DNA of 53,029 bases, filler included, from Ionaspis alba (lineage: Eukaryota): the NCBI GenBank assembly GCA_964255285.1. It is 3 parts of 3 records of this genome, joined end to end, with 100 filler letters (N's around TTAATTAATTAA, not from the genome) between each part and the next. Parts side by side here need not be neighbours in the genome. Positions count along the whole stretch, not along the records: positions 35,456 to 53,029 come from CAXUUL010000317.1; 2 more parts are not named here. The stretch is one strand, 5' to 3'. Position 1 is the first letter of the stretch, and each line of letters opens with the position of its first letter. The notes under the pieces were generated by a model that was not told the DNA's origin, did not search any database, and saw only the letters and a program-made list of their open reading frames with translations. The position numbers were made by a program, and so were the translations under genes. Positions 47,001-53,029 of this stretch are shown piece after piece.

Positions 47001-48153
47001 AACTAGACTTCCTCCAAACATGCTTGGCTGGGACGTTGGCACATTCGAATTTCTTTCCAGCAGGATCTTGGCTCTCAATTACAGCAGCCATGCCAAGTTG
47101 AAGATGAGAACTGGTGGAAGCAGCGGCTCAATTTCCAAAACTCAATGCAGAAGTCTACCGGAAGGGGATGGTATGTATTATGATATTGCCAAACAGGATG
47201 GTAAGAATGCTGTTAGGCTACCAGTCAAGTTTCGGTACAGGAGCCCTGTCATTTTCGAGTTCCACACTGCGGGCAAGCGTGGCGCAGCTGCCTATGCGGT
47301 GATCTGGCTGCACCATCTCGTTGATAACGAACCAACGCCTATCGACGTTCCCATCTGGACCACCAAAAACAGCCAGAGACTACTTCAGAACTACCTTACG
47401 GAGGAAAGTGTCCGTTCAGGAACCATTTTGGGCCTTGAAGATCTGCAAGAGATTGGACGATTACAGTTCAGATGTCAATTTAAGGCTGGGACAGATGAAT
47501 CCCATGAACAATTTGTTGTCGATAATGACTCTCGCGAGACATTTGAAACATGGGAGGCATGCTATTCCGAAGGCGTGAGGGGTCGTGTAGTCCGCCCTGA
47601 GCTATCGCCAACAGTCCAAGAATTGCACGAGAAGAGCTTGACGGAAGGTAGAGACGTGCTTGAGCAAGCAGAACCTGAGGAAAAGCAGAAGTGGCTTGCC
47701 AAAGACGGCCAGGATTGGAGCGGAGCCTTCGGGCATGATCCCAAAGCCTACGTCGACTCGAGTCGGAGGAAAAGAGCTGAGCCTGGCAGGGACAAGCCTG
47801 TCCATGACCCGATAAATCCTAGCTCTGACGACGACAATATCTCAGACAACGATCTTAGCGATTCTGACTCCGATGGGCTTGGCATCCAGGAGGCTAAACA
47901 CCATACTCCTGCTAATGGTCAGCCTCATCCTGGAGAAGCCGACGGTGCAGATGAGCAACCGCTAGACAAGAAGACATACGATAAAGCTAATAAGAGAACC
48001 GAGAAGAGGAAGCAACGGGGTCTGATGCAGTGGAAGCCTGTTAGGAATCTTGCGTTTGCAAAAGACGAGATGAAATTTGGCCTCAAGAGGGTACAGAAGA
48101 AGATGACTGGAGGTCTCGAAGGCCGCGAACCTACTGTCGAGACGGAAGTGTGA
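44075..48153 (+). CDS. MUG190: Mug190-like SMP + C2 domain membrane-contact protein (tricalbin-related), about 9 exons
   Basis: HYSG-QNKVPTI, VTDPVTG, two hydrophobic helices, PESVEWMN, SMP region (EDVMQASVP..RLRLQMTPEPP), C2 motifs SDPYITLSF, LNPIWEE, VELWDSDR, TVRDQR..DPILG, C-terminal GLMQWKPVRN..GREPTVETEV. Confidence 0.85.
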
Positions 48154-49010
48154 GTTGAACATGACTCTATCATGGCATGGAATGCAATGGAGACATACAA
48201 AAAAGGGCTGTGAGCCTCGTGACCTCGTGCAAAGGGAATAAGAGATATCACTGATTCTACGATACATTTGGAGGCGACGAACATTCCCCGTTAATTGTCA
48301 TCTCTGACTGTATTGGCTTCCTTCTCGAGTCAGAGAAGTATGCTTGTTTCTTTTCCGTTCAGTCCTTTTGGTCCACATCTCGTTAATATTGTTGGAGATC
48401 TCTCTTGCCTTAATCCGCTACTGCTTCATGGTTTGTATAACACAGACCCATTAGGCAAAATATTCATAGGATTCTGATCTTGATCTGCTTGCACGTTCAT
48501 ATGGGGGAAGCTCTTGATGTCGGTTTATCATATCATGGTCACCCTCATCGAGAATCAACCTTTCACAATCTCAATATTAGATAGACGAAGGGCTGTGCCA
48601 CTGTCTGGTACCAGATGGGTAACATCAATTGCATGGACCGAGGATTGCCAGAGCTGTAGTGGTGTGACTCTGCAAGTCGTACAGACGGAACCTGCGACTG
48701 TCAGAGGGATTCTGAACCACTTTCCGCTAACTTTAGTCCATTGCCATCGTTAGGGCTCAAATAGTAAATCAGTAAAACAAGCAATTGGAGGCTCCAGATC
48801 CCGATTGTAACCATGAAAGCAATGTGACAACAGAATCATGCTGCGGGCCGTCGAGTGGATTATTTGTAGGGTGGCGACTGCCTTCCCATCCGCGAAGCCT
48901 GTTGTTAATTATTCTGCCGTTCGAGTTAACCTCGACTTCAATTCTTCAAATTCCCATCACCACAACAATGGAACAACGACCACCACCTTGATCCAGCTTC
49001 ATATGCCTGA

Positions 49011-49815
49011 ATGGAGAATCTCTCCCTCCAAGAACCACCGCCACCAGGCGGTCCCGACAATGTACAAGCACCTCCTCCACCAGCCGGAGTACCACAGCTG
49101 CCCCCACAGGTAAATCCAGAATTTCAATCAACCAAGAAATTCGGCTAACAACTCAATAGATGTTCACAACAGCCGCCCAGCTGCTTGACCTGACAGACAG
49201 TGAGCTTGCTACCTCATTTTCCTACCCAAGACACAACTCGTGCAGAGTCCCCAAGGATTAACCTTTAGTTCTACAGAGAAGCTCCTCCTTGTCCTCCGCG
49301 ACGGCCGCAAACTCATCGGCGTCCTCCGCAGCTGGGATCAATTCGGTACAGCTCTCTGTTCCTCTTAATCATTCATTCACTGTTCAACTTACACAATTGT
49401 TCCCCCGTGCAGCAAATCTTGTCCTCCAAGACACAATCGAACGCATCTTCGTCCGCGACCTTTACGCCGACATTACACGAGGGATATTCCTGGTACGGGG
49501 AGAGAACGTTTTGATGCTTGGAGAAATCGTACGGAGCCTTCCTCTATTTCCCCTCACAGGCACATCTTGGAGATCTGCGTGGCGACCGAAATTTTTTAGG
49601 TCTATCTGATAGGGTAGACGCTAATCCTGAATTTCTGACAGGATCTGGACAAAGACGACTACATACCCAACGGGTACCGCAAAGCATCTGCCAGGGAGGT
49701 ACATGCCTTGACCATTGAAGAGGGGGAGGAGAGACGGCGGAAGGACGTTACCAGAGGAAAGAGGTTAGCAGAGCTAGGGTTTGAGATGGAGCATGCGGGT
49801 GAGATATTGTTTTGA
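49011..49815 (+). CDS. LSM1: Sm-like protein Lsm1, 5 exons
   Basis: Spliced frame [84 protein letters not shown]. Confidence 0.94.
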
Positions 49816-50088
49816 TGCTGCATGAGTACCCAGTGTGGGACAAATGGGAAGGGGACAAGAGTCTCAAGGAAGGGAAAAGGCTAGGCCGATGCAGAATATT
49901 GTGAAATGCATCTCCTAGCTGCGAAGGGACATTTGGGCCTACGAATCTCGGAGCAGGGCGATTACTACATGTGGATCCGAATACTACGACGTCTTCTTTC
50001 GTACAGGTACTGATGGCTTGGTGTCATTGTGCTTCGGACCTTTGTGATCATATATGGCTCGATGAGCTCACATGCCTCTCTGTCTCTG

Positions 50089-51008
50089 CTACTCACTGCC
50101 ACTGAAAAGCACGTCACTTCTGTCGGATCCTCGTCGTTTCCGCCGGCCACGGAACCGGTCATCCACATCTGCCCAATCCAGCTTCCATCTTCGGATCCCT
50201 TCCGTGATCATATCCTTCTTCTTCTCGGGCACGTATGGGAGTGCTTGGATCTCGACGATTCGCAGCTTAAGCTTCAGGTATGTAAGTTCAGCTTCATCGT
50301 CAGCGGCGTCCTCTTCTCTGCGGAAGTATGTCAGAACGAGCACGTGAGAGTGCAACCCGGACGTACAGGTATTTGAGCTCTGATTTCAGGTGCGATGACT
50401 CCTGCGTGCTCTCCATGATCTTTGTCTCTGCAACTTCACGGATGTGCTATACAATAAATATATCAGTATTGACAAGACATTCGAACCATCGTTATCGAAG
50501 GACAAACTTTGAATTCCTGTTGTCGATCTTGGAGTTCTTTCACAAGATGTGCCCCCCGTTCTAAGACCGCTTCTGGGCCTTGAGCCCACTCCTTTTTCGT
50601 GCCTATATCCTCCACGGCTTCCGGCGTATTGAGTTTCTTGGAAGCCGGTGATGTCGCTTCATCCCCGTGTTGAGCGTCGAGAAATATGTCTTGACTGATA
50701 CTAATCCCCCCTCTCGGTGTTACGGACGGAGTAATCTCTCTACGATCCCATGAAAGCAGGTTCTCGGCTTCGTCCAGGTTGCGACTCAGCGCTATGACCA
50801 ACATCCTCGATAATTGGCTCTGCGATATTTCTTGACACAATTTCTGCCATCGCTCTAGGAGCAGTGTTTGTGGGTTAACGGACCCAAGGGTGTAGGTCCT
50901 TGACGTTGTGGATTGAGAGAAGTGGTCGGATAGAGGGGATATGGTACTAATGGAGCGCGATTGGCAAGGCGGAGGAGTAAGAGGTGCTAAAGAAGTGTAG
51001 ACATCCAT
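50089..51008 (-). CDS. Hypothetical coiled-coil protein, 3 exons
   Basis: Introns 50447-50507 and 50318-50366 join LQDRQQEFK-HIREVA..LKYL-EEDAADDEAELTYLKLKLRIVEIQ..IRRWKLDW in one frame. Function unknown. Confidence 0.7.
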
Positions 51009-51331
51009 TTTGCAGACGGCCACTTCAACGTCCACAATGATGCTGTATCTCTGTATGCGCTCAATGCCTTTGCGACAGCGATATGGATGAGTTTTGTTGA
51101 TTGTCGGTGGCTGGCGCACGCTATGGGGAAAGGTGTGTCACAAGGACATCCCGGTGTAAATCAGGGTTCTTAGCTCGGATGTCAGGGCAGCCTTGCCGAC
51201 TGCCGCGTAGCGAGATACTACCCTACATAACCCCGTGAAAATGTGTCAGATAAGACAGCTGAAAACTAATGATCTATAAATTGTAAAACCTTGAACATTG
51301 GATTGTGAATGCAATTATTGGAAATATCAGA

Positions 51332-53029
51332 ATGTCTACTCGGGTATGGTTGATATATTCGACAGGACATGAATGGTTGTTAATTGTAGCAGAATATCCA
51401 GCCCTCTCTCGCTACTGTAGAGGAAGTCCTCACGCTATCCAAGGGATCTCCCAAAGCACCCAATATAGTTCCGCTATGTGCAACCATTCCCGCCGACCTT
51501 TTGACTCCTTCATTAGCATATCTAAAGATTTCTGAAAAGTCAGCTTTCTGATCTTCTGAGCCTCCTGCGTCATTGACCCGGCCTACAGGTCAAAATCGAA
51601 TTTCTCGTTTCTTTTCGAAAGCGCTGCTACTACCGAGACGATTGGCCGGTACAGCTTTGTCGGCGCTGGTATGATCATGCCGACCGAATGCTCTGAATGA
51701 ACTCGTGCTGATCACATCTTAGATCCGAGGAAGGTCATCAAGACCGGACCCGGCCATGGACCCGCAGCCGATCCTATGCCAATTCTAGCAGAGGAGCTTT
51801 CTCAATTCCGCGAATCTGCCATACCGGGACTCAATCTCCCCCCTATGACTGGTGGTGCTATTGGCTACGTTGGTTACGACTGTGTTCGCTACTTCGAACC
51901 CAAGACAGCCAGGCCCATGAAGGATATTCTGAAAGTTCCAGAGTCTCTTTTCATGCTCTTTGATACTATTGTTGCTTTCGACCACTTCTATCAGGTCATC
52001 AAAGTTATCACCTACTTACAGGTTCCTTCTGACCTCTCTTCTCTCCCTTCGGCATACAAGGCCGCCTCAAAGATCTTGTCTGCTACCATAGCTACACTAT
52101 CCTCCCCAGATATACCACTTCCACCTCAACCTCCTATCACACCTAATCAAGAGTACACGTCGAACATTGGCCAATCCGGATACGAGACTCATGTTCGTAC
52201 TCTCAAGACCCACATCTGTCGCGGTGACATAATCCAAGCTGTCCCTTCACAACGATTCTCTCGACCTACCACCCTTCACCCATTCAACATCTACCGCCAT
52301 CTCCGAACAGTGAATCCATCTCCTTATCTCTTCTATCTCAACTGTGGCGGCGAGATGCAGCTCGTTGGTGCCTCACCCGAACTCCTCGTCAAAGCGGATA
52401 AAGGCCGCATCATCACTCACCCAATCGCAGGAACGGTGAAGAGGGGCAAGACTCCAGAACTAGACGAGAAACTGGCAAACACCCTGAGGAATAGTATCAA
52501 GGATCGAGCAGAACACGTAATGTTGGTCGACTTGGCAAGGAACGATGTCAACCGTGTTTGCGATCCTTTGACAACAAGGGTGGACCGACTGATGGTCGTT
52601 GAGCGATTCAGTCACGTGCAGCATCTCGTCAGTCAAGTTAGCGGTGTGCTCCGGGAGGGGATGAATCGCTTCGATGCATTTCGAAGCATCTTCCCTGCTG
52701 GCACTGTCAGTGGAGCGCCGAAGGTCAGAGCCATGGAGCTGATTGCGGAATTGGAGCAAGAGAAGCGAGGCGTCTACGCGGGAGCTGTGGGCTACTTTGG
52801 GTACGGGAGTGTCAAATTTGACGAGAAGGGCGATGCAAAGGAAGAAGAGGGTGCAATGGATACTTGCATTGCCCTTCGAACGATGCTTGTCAAGGACGGT
52901 GTTGCTTACTTGCAAGCTGGCGGTGGGATCGTCTTTGATAGTGATCCGTTCGAGGAGTGGGAAGAGACTATGAACAAATTGAATGCTAACATTGTCTGTA
53001 TCAGAGAGGCAGAAGAGAGATACTCGACG
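51332..53029 (+). CDS. TRP2: Anthranilate synthase component I; runs off the window end
   Basis: ADLLTPSLAYLKI, SFLFESA..IGRYSF, GGAIGYVGYD, GDIIQAVPSQR, NPSPYLF, HPIAGT, AEHVMLVDLARND, FPAGTVSGAPKVRAM, LQAGGGIVFDS. Three short 5' introns. Confidence 0.97.

Noticed and set aside
48290..48760. Broken minus-strand frames (one containing ELPPYE) between MUG190 and LSM1
   Set aside because: Multiple stops and no coherent gene model. It may be a relic but is unsupported.
387..49815. Stop-codon readthrough giving cryptic peroxisomal PTS1 extensions
   Set aside because: None of the stops I checked has the TGA-CTA context, and the peptidase TGA-CGA extension ends in GDA rather than an SKL-like tripeptide.
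358..52973. Many antisense and alternative-frame ORFs in the track that overlap called genes
   Set aside because: They are shadows of real coding sequence with no independent motifs.

Overview
Gene-dense scaffold window from a filamentous ascomycete (Pezizomycotina-type genes with short GT-AG introns and CTRAY branch sites). I can support 24 protein-coding genes and one initiator tRNA-Met gene. Most genes are housekeeping: ALO1, an ExoIII-like nuclease, SPT14, DBP6, a GNAT, a DENND11-like gene, DUS1, TRZ1 and TIM54 (both cut by a gap), PI-PLC, proline iminopeptidase, NAR1, COT1/CBK1, TBCE, GET2, Pol iota, a HUL4-like HECT ligase, MUG190, LSM1 and TRP2 (runs off the end). Five 100-nt gap blocks are present: two carry an artificial TTAATTAATTAA spacer, and three have duplicated flanks of 55, 55 and 14 nt. 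I found no recognisable transposon ORF, biosynthetic cluster or convincing new multi-gene system. The best leads are: (i) a 638-aa orphan-domain plus ankyrin gene, visible only after splicing across a gap; (ii) a three-exon secreted 12-Cys protein with clustered XlnR- and PacC-type motifs upstream; (iii) an ExoIII-like nuclease with a PIP box inside the catalytic domain; (iv) RNA-level signals, namely a polyproline uORF before LSM1, a 3'-UTR intron in the GNAT gene, and GC-AG and GAG splice sites. All gene models were built by eye and family names come from motif recognition, not from database searches.
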